Assembly: GCA_036140815.1 (NCBI GenBank)
Contig: JAYZXX010000071.1
Coordinates: forward strand, 9,561-73,560
DNA: 64,000 nucleotides
DNA from: Bdellovibrionota bacterium
GTDB taxonomy: Bacteria; Bdellovibrionota; Bdellovibrionia; Bdellovibrionales; UBA840
Direction: 5' to 3'
In this document: positions 47,412 to 56,758 of the stretch, one piece after another
How positions within the stretch are numbered: the first letter of the stretch is position 1
Layout: every line of letters starts with the position of its first letter
Notes under the pieces: model-generated
The model's input: the letters and a program-made list of their open reading frames with translations, nothing else
The model's database searches: none
What the model was told of the DNA's origin: nothing
Position numbers and translations under genes: made by a program

Positions 47412-48979
47412 TAGCCTAAATGGTCATTCGGGTTTGGTTTAATGTCTGGAAAATCAAGGCTAGACATAGAAGAAATCTCATCACTCGAGCGTATCTTTGA
47501 CCTTACTTGCCCTAGTTTCTTTCTTTCATTTTGTCTTTCACGAATTTTACTTACCAAGTCCATTTGGAACTTTGGCTTTTGTTGTGAAGTGGCACCGGTA
47601 ATTGTTGCCTCAGTGCTTTTCTTTGGAGCTTTATTCACAAGATCCCAGGCTTGTTGATCTTCTTTTGTTTCCACTTTTCCATACGTAGATGGGTGTGAAA
47701 TCTTATAAGTATCTTCCTTTTTACCGAAGCTAAGTGGATCAATTTCATCTAAAGCTTGATTCATTTCAGGGTCAGCAAACATACTCGAAGAGACCACTGG
47801 TTGTTGCATCAACTTTTTCAGTTCTTGTTCTTTTTGTTCTTCGCTTAAAGGAGTTTCGGTAGTTCGCAACTCCCCTTGGTTTTCTTCTACAAATTCTATG
47901 TTATTTGGAAGCTTTGTAGACTCTTCTTCTTGAGCATTAATTCTATCCATTGCTTTATCTATACTTTGAGTAGAATTTGTATTTTGAGAAAACTCTGTAG
48001 TATCGTCCGCATCAAAGTCTTCAAAAGATAAGTCTTCCTCAGAAATCTGCTGGTTTTGCTCGGCCAACTGTTCACGAAAAATCTCGCCCACTTCATCATT
48101 ACTGCTGATGAAATCATCCCAATCAGCATCACCATCATATTCCTTATCGTTTTTTGTACTTAGCTCATTCAACTCACTGCGAATGACAGACTTTACTTCT
48201 TCTAGTGGTTGAAAAACCGACTGAACGGCACTGCTCATACCACTTTTAATTTTATTGGCAAATTCAGCCTTTTTCGCATCTTCTTTCTCAACCTCTTCAC
48301 AGGCACTGCGAAACTGTTGTCCAAGCTCAGCCAAGCGATCCATAGAAACTTCTGGGTTTTTAAAAGTTTCTTCGAAACGATCGCCAAAATCACTGTCTTG
48401 ATGAGTACGCTTATTGATCAACTCTTGCTTAGCTTGAGAGAAACTCACATCAGACTGAGCTTTATTTTGAGCCCAATTAGGTAAATCCTTTTCACTAAAC
48501 ATTAAGCGATCTTTATTTACCTTTGCTATAAACTCAATCTCGGCAATGTCTAAATCAACCCTTTTGGCAATCTCTTCAGCGCTGTAACCCTCATGGGCAA
48601 GCTTAGCTGCTTCGATGTACTTTTTAGAACTTTGCCTTTCAATGATTTCCTCATGCGGAATCTTGTCTTCAAAAACTTCAGCAAGTTCAATACTTTTCGC
48701 CATGGACTGCTCCAGAAGAAAAATCGTTTCTTTGGCAGTAAAAATGGTTTCTTGTACCTGAGCACCTTTGTTTTCAATCAAACGAAGCATTTGTTTTACT
48801 TGGTTGTCTGTACGATCTGATAGATCTTCTAATACAGATATTTTAGACTGAAGAAGTTGTAGACCTTTACTTAGACGTGGGTCTTCTTTTGCTGGACGAT
48901 TCATACGAAACCAAATAACACCAACCCCAATCAACGCGAACACATTCGTACTAATAAATAGATAATCCATCACCGACAT
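47411..48979 (-). CDS. Membrane-anchored acidic coiled-coil protein (hypothetical)
   Basis: N-terminal TM, a helical region with a small HTH-like stretch (AAKLAHEGYSAEEIAKRVDLDIAEIEFI), then a long D/E/Q-rich tail. GGGAGG RBS. Confidence 0.55.
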   Translation of the reverse strand: MSVMDYLFISTNVFALIGVGVIWFRMNRPAKEDPRLSKGLQLLQSKISVLEDLSDRTDNQVKQMLRLIENKGAQVQETIFTAKETIFLLEQSMAKSIELAEVFEDKIPHEEIIERQSSKKYIEAAKLAHEGYSAEEIAKRVDLDIAEIEFIAKVNKDRLMFSEKDLPNWAQNKAQSDVSFSQAKQELINKRTHQDSDFGDRFEETFKNPEVSMDRLAELGQQFRSACEEVEKEDAKKAEFANKIKSGMSSAVQSVFQPLEEVKSVIRSELNELSTKNDKEYDGDADWDDFISSNDEVGEIFREQLAEQNQQISEEDLSFEDFDADDTTEFSQNTNSTQSIDKAMDRINAQEEESTKLPNNIEFVEENQGELRTTETPLSEEQKEQELKKLMQQPVVSSSMFADPEMNQALDEIDPLSFGKKEDTYKISHPSTYGKVETKEDQQAWDLVNKAPKKSTEATITGATSQQKPKFQMDLVSKIRERQNERKKLGQVRSKIRSSDEISSMSSLDFPDIKPNPNDHLG

Positions 48980-49084
48980 AGCTCCCTCCCGTGGAACTGA
49001 AATACTCTACTATTATATAGAGGAAAGGCCTGTTCCGGTAAGAAATGCCCCAAATCCCGACCCTTCCTCGACTAAAGACCTAAT

Positions 49085-49115
49085 AAAACAAAAGCCAGGC
49101 ATTCGAGGCCTGGCT
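49085..49115 (-). terminator. Rho-independent terminator after the aminotransferase gene
   Basis: 8-bp stem agccaggc/gcctggct with a 7-nt loop. The + strand aaaacaaaa upstream gives a U-rich tract on the minus transcript. Confidence 0.65.
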
Positions 49116-49141
49116 CTATTAGATTTTAATGTTTTTAAATT

Positions 49142-50338
49142 CTAGCTTAACTGCGAGCAAAAATTTGCTATACGATCGCAAGCCTCTAGGCCTCTTTCTT
49201 CTGATAAAGCATAGCTTAAACGAAGATAACCATCTAAACCAAATGCGTCTCCTGGGACCGTTGCTACCATCTCATCATCTAAGAGTTGTTTTGCAACATC
49301 GCTCGAAGTCTCAAGCTTCGTTCCTTTGTAGGTTTTTCCTTGAATTCCTAAAACATTCAACCAAATGTAAAAAGCGCCTTCTGGCTCTTCCACTTCGATG
49401 CCGTCAATTGCGTTTAACTTATCACTCAGTTTTTGCTTTCTTTGCTTTAATACTTCTACGGAAGCTCGAACTTTATCCTCTGTATTTTTCAAAGCATATA
49501 AGCTGGCCTCTTGAGAGAAACCACTTGCACAACTAACCGACTGACTTTGGTAACTGGCCATGGCTTTAATTACCTCTTGAGGTCCTAATGCCCAGCCTAC
49601 TCTCCAGCCAGTCATTGAATAGGCCTTAGAAGCTCCATTTACACATATAGTGCGAGACTCTAGCTCTGGACAAGCCTCTAAAAGATGAGGCGCTAAACCT
49701 CTCTCGTTAAATACTAATAAATTATAAATATCATCAGACAAGACTAAAACATTTGGATGTTTCTTTAAAACTTCACCCAATGCCTTAAGTTCACTTTGTG
49801 AATACACCATACCTGTTGGATTGCTTGGTGAATTTAAAAGAACCATTTTAGTTTTTTCAGTGATAGAGCTTTCAAGCAATTGTGGAGTCATTTTAAAACG
49901 ACTCTCTTTATCACATTTAACAATTACGGGTACTCCTTCTGCTAAAGTAACCATTTCAGGATAACTCACCCAGAAAGGACTAGGGATGATCACTTCGTCA
50001 CCTGGATCAATCACCGCTTGAAAAGCAGCAAACAAAATAAACTTCGCCCCTGTAGAGACGCTCACATTTACATCTGCGTAATTGGTTGAGAATTTTGTAT
50101 TATAATCTTCAGCAATGGCTTTACGTAGCGCTGGAACCCCAGCCGGAGGAACGTACTTAGTATTTCCCGCCTTCATACTCTCGATCGCTACATCCACAAC
50201 CTCAGGAATAGTATTCCAATCTGGCTCTCCTACCGTTAAAGAAATTACGTCATTTCCTTCTGCCTTAAGCTCTTTGGCTTTGGCTGCAAGGCTTAAAGTA
50301 GGTGATGGTTGAATGTTCTTCGCGCGACGACTTAACAT
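49142..50338 (-). CDS. Class I PLP-dependent (aspartate-type) aminotransferase
   Basis: PLP-lysine motif SKAYSMTGWRVGW, plus NPSNPTG and an AspC-like length. Confidence 0.85.
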   Translation of the reverse strand: MLSRRAKNIQPSPTLSLAAKAKELKAEGNDVISLTVGEPDWNTIPEVVDVAIESMKAGNTKYVPPAGVPALRKAIAEDYNTKFSTNYADVNVSVSTGAKFILFAAFQAVIDPGDEVIIPSPFWVSYPEMVTLAEGVPVIVKCDKESRFKMTPQLLESSITEKTKMVLLNSPSNPTGMVYSQSELKALGEVLKKHPNVLVLSDDIYNLLVFNERGLAPHLLEACPELESRTICVNGASKAYSMTGWRVGWALGPQEVIKAMASYQSQSVSCASGFSQEASLYALKNTEDKVRASVEVLKQRKQKLSDKLNAIDGIEVEEPEGAFYIWLNVLGIQGKTYKGTKLETSSDVAKQLLDDEMVATVPGDAFGLDGYLRLSYALSEERGLEACDRIANFCSQLS

Positions 50339-50374
50339 TTTGCTGTCTCCTTATGTTTTGGGCTATAAAAGGAA

Positions 50375-50395
50375 ATCTACCATATGTTGGTAGAT
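50375..50395 (-). terminator. Possible weak terminator after coaD
   Basis: 8-bp stem atctacca/tggtagat with a 5-nt loop. Only a moderately U-rich tail follows on the minus strand. Confidence 0.3.
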
Positions 50396-50421
50396 AGTTG
50401 ATGTTTTAATTTAATGAGTCA

Positions 50422-50913
50422 TTATTTTTTTATTTCGGCTAACTTACGAGTTAACTCTTCTGCAACCACTTCTGGGACAAATTGGTTAATATCGCCACCC
50501 ATGATCGCCACTTCTTTAATCAAGCTTGATGAAATGATATTAAACTCTGGTTTAGAATAGACCAAAATTGTATCAATGCTAGGATCTAAGCGATAGTTCA
50601 TAGACGCCATACGCTGTTCGTACTCGAAATCCCCTGCTGTTCTAACACCACGAAGAATAAACTTTGCATTTACCTGCTTGGCACAGTCTACCGTTAGACC
50701 GTCAAATGAAATCACCTCAATGTTTTCTAGCTTTGCTGTCACTTCTTTTACCAAATTGGCTCTTTCCTCAAAATCAAAAAGATATTTCTTTTTTGTGGAA
50801 TTCCCAACGGCAACATAAACTTTATCAAAAACTTTTTGAAATCGTTGGAGAATGTCTAAGTGCCCACGTGTAATTGGATCAAAGCTACCCGGGTAAATTG
50901 CTGAAACGGCCAT
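50422..50913 (-). CDS. coaD: Phosphopantetheine adenylyltransferase
   Basis: AIYPGSFDPITRGHLDI (T/HxGH nucleotidyltransferase motif), 163 aa. Confidence 0.9.
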   Translation of the reverse strand: MAVSAIYPGSFDPITRGHLDILQRFQKVFDKVYVAVGNSTKKKYLFDFEERANLVKEVTAKLENIEVISFDGLTVDCAKQVNAKFILRGVRTAGDFEYEQRMASMNYRLDPSIDTILVYSKPEFNIISSSLIKEVAIMGGDINQFVPEVVAEELTRKLAEIKK

Positions 50914-51464
50914 TAGTCCTCTCCTATTTCATAAAAAGAAAGCTTTTTATCGCCATAGTCTTTACGACGATACAATACGATATCACCATATTCGTCATTA
51001 ATTGTTTCATGTTTTGTAGATTCGATCACGATCAAAGTTTCTTGGTGAAAGACCTTTGACTGGGATATTGTTTTCATCACTTCGTCTGCCATCTTCTTGG
51101 TAAACGGAGGATCGATAAAAATTAAATCAAAGCGATCTCCGTCGTAGCTTTTTAAAAACTTAAGAACGTCTTTGTTAATGACTTTTTGTTCTTTACCAAC
51201 CCCAAGAAGTTCGCGGTTCTTATCAATGATGGCGATGGATTTTTTATTCATCTCCACACTAACCACAGAGGCCGCTCCCCATGAAATGGCTTCAAAGCTA
51301 AGATTTCCAGTACCTGAAAATAAGTCTAAAACTTTTGCTTCCGGCAAGCGTTCTGACCAGGAATTAAAAATGCTCTCTTTGATGCGATCGGTAGTTGGCC
51401 GCAAATGATCCGCTTGAAAATGAACCAGCTTTCTTCCACCAAATTTTCCAGATATAATTCGCAT
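50913..51464 (-). CDS. rsmD: 16S rRNA m2G966 methyltransferase RsmD
   Basis: SAM motif DLFSGTGNLSFEA and the DPPF motif. The rsmD-coaD pairing is conserved. Confidence 0.85.
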   Translation of the reverse strand: MRIISGKFGGRKLVHFQADHLRPTTDRIKESIFNSWSERLPEAKVLDLFSGTGNLSFEAISWGAASVVSVEMNKKSIAIIDKNRELLGVGKEQKVINKDVLKFLKSYDGDRFDLIFIDPPFTKKMADEVMKTISQSKVFHQETLIVIESTKHETINDEYGDIVLYRRKDYGDKKLSFYEIGED

Positions 51465-51476
51465 TGTTTATTCACC

Positions 51477-51508
51477 AAATAAAAACGGCAGAATGCATTT
51501 TCTGCCGT
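51477..51508 (-). terminator. Rho-independent terminator closing the TPR/GT9 operon
   Basis: 8-bp stem acggcaga/tctgccgt (51485-51492, 51501-51508). The + strand aaataaaaa before it gives a U-tract on the minus transcript, 36 nt after the stop of the 140-aa gene. Confidence 0.7.
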
Positions 51509-51543
51509 AGAAACTTACAATAAAATGTTCAGAGAAAAAATGA

Positions 51544-51966
51544 TTAAGCCAATTTTTCTACAAATTTTTGCCAACTTTGAAGACTTTCCACCAATTCTTC
51601 TTCCATGACATCCGCTAAAGCCAAATAGTCTTCATGTCCATAGGCTTTTAACATGGCGTTTAACGAAGTTTTAAACAAAGGCTCTGTATTCTGCCAAATT
51701 GCATAGTTTTGAACCCAACGCTCTTTTAAGGCCTCATTTTCCTTAGTAATAAACTGTAAAGTGATCATTGTAGACATCAAGGTTTGAATTCCACTAAGAC
51801 ACTCATCAAATTCAAGGCTCAACTGTGACGTAAAACCGAGTCGAAACTCTGTCGCTAAATGATCGATCTCAGTAATAATCTCGGTCACCAATTTTTGAGA
51901 CTGATTTACCACGGTCTTAATTTGCTCTTCTGCGCTTAGATTACCTAATTGTTCGTTCATTGACAT
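51544..51966 (-). CDS. Helical hypothetical protein (last gene of the TPR/GT9 operon)
   Basis: 140-aa ORF overlapping the upstream GT9 gene by 26 nt. No motif recognised. Confidence 0.5.
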   Translation of the reverse strand: MSMNEQLGNLSAEEQIKTVVNQSQKLVTEIITEIDHLATEFRLGFTSQLSLEFDECLSGIQTLMSTMITLQFITKENEALKERWVQNYAIWQNTEPLFKTSLNAMLKAYGHEDYLALADVMEEELVESLQSWQKFVEKLA

Positions 51967-53440
51967 TTGTATTCTCCTCGATATTTATATTATCGCCGGT
52001 ATAGACAGATAAAATTTTCGCTAAAGTTTCATGAATGGCAAAGTAGCTTGCCACAATTTTCTTCTTCTCCATGGGCCCGATTCGTAATTTTTCGGTTTGA
52101 TACCAATCCACAACTGGTGCAAGTTCTGGCACCATCATTAAAAGCTTTTCCACCAACTGATCTACATTTTGCAAAACTCTTTCATTTTCTTCGTTTTGTT
52201 CTTTTCGTAAAATAGCAGTTAACTGCTGAAGGCTAATGGCATTGAGTTCTTGCAGTTGTTTAAATCCTTCAATGCTCTCTAAACGATATGGAACTGGAAA
52301 GTCTTCGCCCAAATAAATCGCACGAATCATTTTCCAGCAAAATAATTGGTGAGGATTGTTTTCAACATATTCATAAGCTGAAAAAGAATCCTTAACGACA
52401 ATCATTTCATCAGATGGAATTTCATTCTCCAGCATACTCTGAATATCTTTACAAATAACATCAGAACCTAAAGCCTCAAAATTACCAACCCCACGGATTC
52501 TACTTCCTGCCGCTTTAGGACCTGTTTCCCAAAACCGAACAAAAGCATTACTTAAATTATAAGTAGCTGTACCGGTTAAGGAAGCGATATGAATGGGAGC
52601 ACTGTCTAAACCCACTAATAAGCTGGCCTCTTTGATGACTGGAAACAAGTCGATCAATTTTGTTTTACCCACTAAAGAAATAATTTTATTTCCTCTAACG
52701 GTTAGCTGGATATTTTTAGCAATATCCTGATCAATTTCAGCGCCAATTAAAACAATCTTATGATCGATTTGCTGACTAAGACGTCGCATCACATTCATCC
52801 ACTTTTCTTGGCTAAGTGATTTCCGCGTAGTGGAGGCCGCCAAGTGTACAACTATATAGTCTTCGTCACCAATATACTCACGAACCAAAGGTGGAATCTG
52901 ATGTGCTACCTCTTTGGTATAATCTTCTTGGGTTAATTCAACCCCGGCAACTTCAGCAAATAAGTCATTCACATGGAATCGATTGTATTTACTCACTCCA
53001 GTTTGCGCATAAAAGTAAGCCGAAGGATCATCATCTATTCTTAAGAAAGCATCTTCGTGCCTTGAGTAGCCTTTTACTTTTGCTCCAGAGTTTTCAATGC
53101 ACTTTACTAAAAAGGAGCTACTCGGAGAAAAACTGAGATTAATAATTTCATCATAGTTCTCTTCTTGTAAATCCATTAGAAAGTCATTCAATTCTTCCAT
53201 TCCCGCTTTTAGACAGTCTTTGTCAGACAGATCATTTTTCAACAAAGCACGAAACACATTCATCATAGGCATTTCAATGACTTGATCTAATTCTGATAGC
53301 CCCTCACATGCACTTGCAAATCGAGGACGAACTAGCATATGAATTTTTGCACCAGGATACTGCCGACGTAAAGCCCTAACTGTTGGCCACGTACTAAAAA
53401 TATCACCGAGTCTTGTTAGTTGTAGAATCAGTATTTTCAT
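51941..53440 (-). CDS. Long glycosyltransferase family 9 (heptosyltransferase-fold) protein with a ~150-aa C-terminal extension
   Basis: GT9 N-terminus MKILILQLTRLGDIFSTWPTVRAL (compare RfaF MKILVIGPSWVGDMMM). Donor-site region LVGKTKLIDLFPVIKEASLLVGLDSAPIHIASLTG resembles the GT9 region of the form GKT..L..........NDSG.MH.A.A. Confidence 0.7.
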   Translation of the reverse strand: MKILILQLTRLGDIFSTWPTVRALRRQYPGAKIHMLVRPRFASACEGLSELDQVIEMPMMNVFRALLKNDLSDKDCLKAGMEELNDFLMDLQEENYDEIINLSFSPSSSFLVKCIENSGAKVKGYSRHEDAFLRIDDDPSAYFYAQTGVSKYNRFHVNDLFAEVAGVELTQEDYTKEVAHQIPPLVREYIGDEDYIVVHLAASTTRKSLSQEKWMNVMRRLSQQIDHKIVLIGAEIDQDIAKNIQLTVRGNKIISLVGKTKLIDLFPVIKEASLLVGLDSAPIHIASLTGTATYNLSNAFVRFWETGPKAAGSRIRGVGNFEALGSDVICKDIQSMLENEIPSDEMIVVKDSFSAYEYVENNPHQLFCWKMIRAIYLGEDFPVPYRLESIEGFKQLQELNAISLQQLTAILRKEQNEENERVLQNVDQLVEKLLMMVPELAPVVDWYQTEKLRIGPMEKKKIVASYFAIHETLAKILSVYTGDNINIEENTNVNERTIR

Positions 53441-53585
53441 TGGGTAACTGCTCCTTCAAAAGCTCTTTCATTAAAAGTAATTTTTGGACCTCAGGACTTA
53501 CTCCTCCCGTCAAAATCTGTTCACGGGCCGTTTTCAAAGTAAGATCAATTAGTCTTTCCATTTTGTTAATAGCATCTTGATTCAT
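53403..53585 (-). CDS. 60-aa hypothetical protein wedged between the two GT9 genes
   Basis: Start overlaps the upstream stop by 4 nt and its end overlaps the downstream start by 38 nt. Coding status is unproven. Confidence 0.35.
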   Translation of the reverse strand: MNQDAINKMERLIDLTLKTAREQILTGGVSPEVQKLLLMKELLKEQLPNENTDSTTNKTR

Positions 53586-55228
53586 AAAATCTCCATATAG
53601 TCGATGCGAATCATTTCACTTAGTTTTCTTTCAATTTTAATTATGTGATTCATATTATCTAAAACTCTACAAGTAGCTGAGTCTTCGTGCTGCCCAGTAT
53701 CCATCTCTCCTTGAATCGCTTCAATGCAGAGCTGTTCAAAGGCAGGCAAATCTTGGTTCAAGCTTCTATTGCGATCAAACCACATATTCACTGCTTGGAA
53801 TATTTTTTCACGATCGCCAATGCTTTTCCGAGTTTTAGCGCTTGGGCTTAAACTACGAATCAACTCTTCTGATTCTAGTTCCATTCCCAGTAAAATAGCT
53901 TCAAACTTTTCTAGAACTGGTCGAAGGTTCTCAGGACTTGTGTATGCTTTCTCGATCAAATACCTGCGAATCACCTGGGCTTCTAAATCAAATCTTTGCC
54001 AATCCTCGACATTGCGCTCTTGTAACACAACTTGCCAAGATGCTTGGTGAAACATACTTTTCAAGTTTTCGGCAAGCGCTCCCTCGCCCAATCGACTGGC
54101 GAACCAGAAATTATTTTGTAAAAACTCGGTTCGATAAAAATTAACATCCTCAAAAAACTCTGACGCCAAAATATCAATGGCCATCCAATTTTTTTCCATA
54201 TGATGAAACATGGTATATCCCACCAAATCCGCCCCTATCATGTCTTGGCAAATAAAACTTGCGTTAGGACACTTCAAGCGATGACTGCATGGGGAACATT
54301 TTAAATTTGCCTGTAATACTAATGAATCTTCAGTATAGCTGCCCGTTTGATTGTATTGGCTAGAGCCTAGGCTTAACTCTAAAACTGGGGTTCTTGATCC
54401 AATGGCTAAATATTTTATAGCTGTATCGGGGGTTACCAAAAGCCTCGAATTGTGTATTAAGGCTTGAGCAGTTACTAAGTCGCAAGCCTTCACTTCTAGC
54501 TTCAAATTGCTTATATCGGATAATTCTGACAGTAGATTAGCTTCTTCGTCAGGGGCACATAGACACAGAATTTTTCGCTTTGAATCAAGTTGTCGATAGT
54601 AGCGAATCACCTCTTTCCATTTTCCAAAGGAAAAAGTCTTCTTCTCCTCATTGCTTGTCATTTGAATACATATGTACTCTTCCTGAGGAATACTAGCTTT
54701 AGTACTTTCCTCCAAATTCAAATCTTCAACAGTTTCAATGGAGTTCAAACCTAGTGCGGATCGATAGATATCAATTAAATGAAAAGCGGATACACCTTCA
54801 AAACTACCAATATCATTTAAGTACTGAATCCAAGGACTTCCATAATCAATGGCTGAATCAAATACTCTTGAGCCTATCACTCGATTTGGCTCCATATCTA
54901 AGGCACTCAAAAAATAGTGGCTTAAATGATTGTGTGTCAGAGATATCACTTTATCAAAATTTTCACTTTCAATTTTTTGTACAAGTTGTTCCAGTTCAAA
55001 AAAATTATTTAAAATATATTGATCTTTTCTCACTGCTACTTGCTGCATTTCCTTACGATCAATGGAAATCCAGTGGTCGACAAAGGGAAATAAACTTTTA
55101 GCAAATTCAAACTCTTTGTAGATTAAAACCTGAACTTCAGCGCCATTTTTTTGTTTATAACTACGAATCAACTCGCGCATCATCAAAAAGTCACCCAAAC
55201 GCATCAAAGAGATAAACAATGTTTTCAT
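53582..55228 (-). CDS. Long GT9-fold protein with a divergent donor site, a four-Cys cluster and a ~190-aa C-terminal extension
   Basis: GT9 N-terminus MKTLFISLMRLGDFLMMRELIRS. The equivalent donor region reads LLVTPDTAIKYLAIGSRTPVLEL (DSG/MH not conserved). Cys cluster CSPCSHRLKCPNASFIC. Confidence 0.65.
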   Translation of the reverse strand: MKTLFISLMRLGDFLMMRELIRSYKQKNGAEVQVLIYKEFEFAKSLFPFVDHWISIDRKEMQQVAVRKDQYILNNFFELEQLVQKIESENFDKVISLTHNHLSHYFLSALDMEPNRVIGSRVFDSAIDYGSPWIQYLNDIGSFEGVSAFHLIDIYRSALGLNSIETVEDLNLEESTKASIPQEEYICIQMTSNEEKKTFSFGKWKEVIRYYRQLDSKRKILCLCAPDEEANLLSELSDISNLKLEVKACDLVTAQALIHNSRLLVTPDTAIKYLAIGSRTPVLELSLGSSQYNQTGSYTEDSLVLQANLKCSPCSHRLKCPNASFICQDMIGADLVGYTMFHHMEKNWMAIDILASEFFEDVNFYRTEFLQNNFWFASRLGEGALAENLKSMFHQASWQVVLQERNVEDWQRFDLEAQVIRRYLIEKAYTSPENLRPVLEKFEAILLGMELESEELIRSLSPSAKTRKSIGDREKIFQAVNMWFDRNRSLNQDLPAFEQLCIEAIQGEMDTGQHEDSATCRVLDNMNHIIKIERKLSEMIRIDYMEIL

Positions 55229-55815
55229 TTTAAAATTTCCGCCAGTACATTTAGAAGGTTATAGTTTCTATCCATCGGTAGTGCCTTGCTATAATTAACA
55301 AGCTCTCTATCCAAAAATATTTTATTTTCCATTTCTCTTTTACTATCTAAACTCAATGAAATTCGATTTAAAGCTCTCTCTAAGCCTTCTTTATTTCGAC
55401 CAGATAGATAGAAAAGAGCCTCTTCGTATTCTTCAGTATGCTGTTGAATACTTGCTTGATGAAACAGGACTTGAAATCCACCCTTGAAACTCTGTTCAAC
55501 TATATTTAGCAGTTCTTCTTTATTAGTTATGACTTCATAGCCTTTTGTTTTCGCAAACTCAGCAATTTCTAAGTTTATCTCAAAGATGAGAAAGCTTTTG
55601 GCATCTTTAGTTTTCTTCAACTCATCGATGTGAAAACCTGCTCCAAATCCAAAAACAATAAATTCATCACACTTTCGATCCTGTCTCTCTACCCAAGACC
55701 TAGCTTCTGCAAGAGGCTTTCTCTTTGATGCAAGCCTTCGACCATTTAGAACTGGAATGGGACCGAACTCAGACTCTACAAATTCCAAGGCATCAGCCAT
55801 TTTGTGCCTCCACAA
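55225..55815 (-). CDS. Hypothetical protein resembling the N-terminal region of motility-accessory-factor (Maf/DUF115) proteins
   Basis: The pattern ...PVLNGRRLASKRKPLAEARSWVE...DEFIVFGFGAGFHIDEL recalls, from memory, the Maf/MptE-like N-terminus (G..lhS.ydP..EA..w.....vv.GfGlGyh...L). Unverified. Confidence 0.4.
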   Translation of the reverse strand: MWRHKMADALEFVESEFGPIPVLNGRRLASKRKPLAEARSWVERQDRKCDEFIVFGFGAGFHIDELKKTKDAKSFLIFEINLEIAEFAKTKGYEVITNKEELLNIVEQSFKGGFQVLFHQASIQQHTEEYEEALFYLSGRNKEGLERALNRISLSLDSKREMENKIFLDRELVNYSKALPMDRNYNLLNVLAEILK

Positions 55816-56722
55816 GATCCACTAACTTTCTTGCATCTTCACAGTCGGGATCAAAATTAAGAATTTTTTGAGCTTCCCAAAAAGCATATTCACGATATCC
55901 AGCTTGAAACAAAACACATGCAAACAGTAGATTTAACTCTTGATTGTATTCTCTCTGATTTAAGTATTTTTCTAGTTTTTCTAATGCATCATCATATCGG
56001 AAATCACTCATACTCCAGTGGGCCAACATTTTCAGATAAGAAGCATTGGCCTCGTCATAGTCGATGGCAGCTTTTAAGTTTGCCCAGGCCATCTCGGTTT
56101 CATCCTGCGCTTTGTATAACAAGGCCAGGCCCATTCTTGCTTTAGAGGATTTTGGATTAATCTGTAGAGCTTCGTAAAAGGATTTTATAGCTTCAGTGTA
56201 CCGCCCCATTTGAAAATAGAGACTTCCATAGTTAACACACAGTAAATCAGATTCGCTATGGATTCGCTGAGCGCGGTGATAGTATTCTTCAGCCTGTTCA
56301 AAATCCCCTTCGGTTAAACTAATATTTCCAAGATTTTTAAACATTTGGAAACTAGAGACAAAATCCTCAGCTTGTTCACATAATGCCTTGGTATAATAGG
56401 CTTTGGCTTTGCTCATATCCTTTTGTTCATAAAAGAAATTAGCAGTACGAACATAATTTTCAAAGCTAGGATGAAATTCGGCGAGTTTTTCGAAGCTAGT
56501 TCGAGCATTTACTAACTCATTTGATTTTTCAAAGCATTCAGCCAATCTCTGTAGATACTCTGGCCTATCAAAATTCATATTATGCAAACGAGCATAAATG
56601 GCTCTCGCCAATGTAAAATCAGAATTTGCATATAAAAGCTCGGCATTTCGAAAGAAATTCTCTTCTAGACTTTCTTCCGGTGCATTTACGACTTCCTGTC
56701 TTTGATAATGATCTATCTGCAT
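55793..56722 (-). CDS. Tetratricopeptide-repeat protein (first gene of the operon)
   Basis: At least six 34-aa TPR-like units (A..Y...L..........Y..LA.......A pattern). AGGAAGG RBS. Confidence 0.75.
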   Translation of the reverse strand: MQIDHYQRQEVVNAPEESLEENFFRNAELLYANSDFTLARAIYARLHNMNFDRPEYLQRLAECFEKSNELVNARTSFEKLAEFHPSFENYVRTANFFYEQKDMSKAKAYYTKALCEQAEDFVSSFQMFKNLGNISLTEGDFEQAEEYYHRAQRIHSESDLLCVNYGSLYFQMGRYTEAIKSFYEALQINPKSSKARMGLALLYKAQDETEMAWANLKAAIDYDEANASYLKMLAHWSMSDFRYDDALEKLEKYLNQREYNQELNLLFACVLFQAGYREYAFWEAQKILNFDPDCEDARKLVDLVEAQNG

Positions 56723-56758
56723 TCTTTTTCCTTCCTGGAAATATCCAATGCTTTAGAA

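Noticed and set aside
49038-49052. Near sigma-54 match TGGGGCATTTCTTAC upstream of the 522-aa gene
   Set aside because: The invariant -12 GC is replaced by AC. A sigma-70-type TATAAT is present instead.
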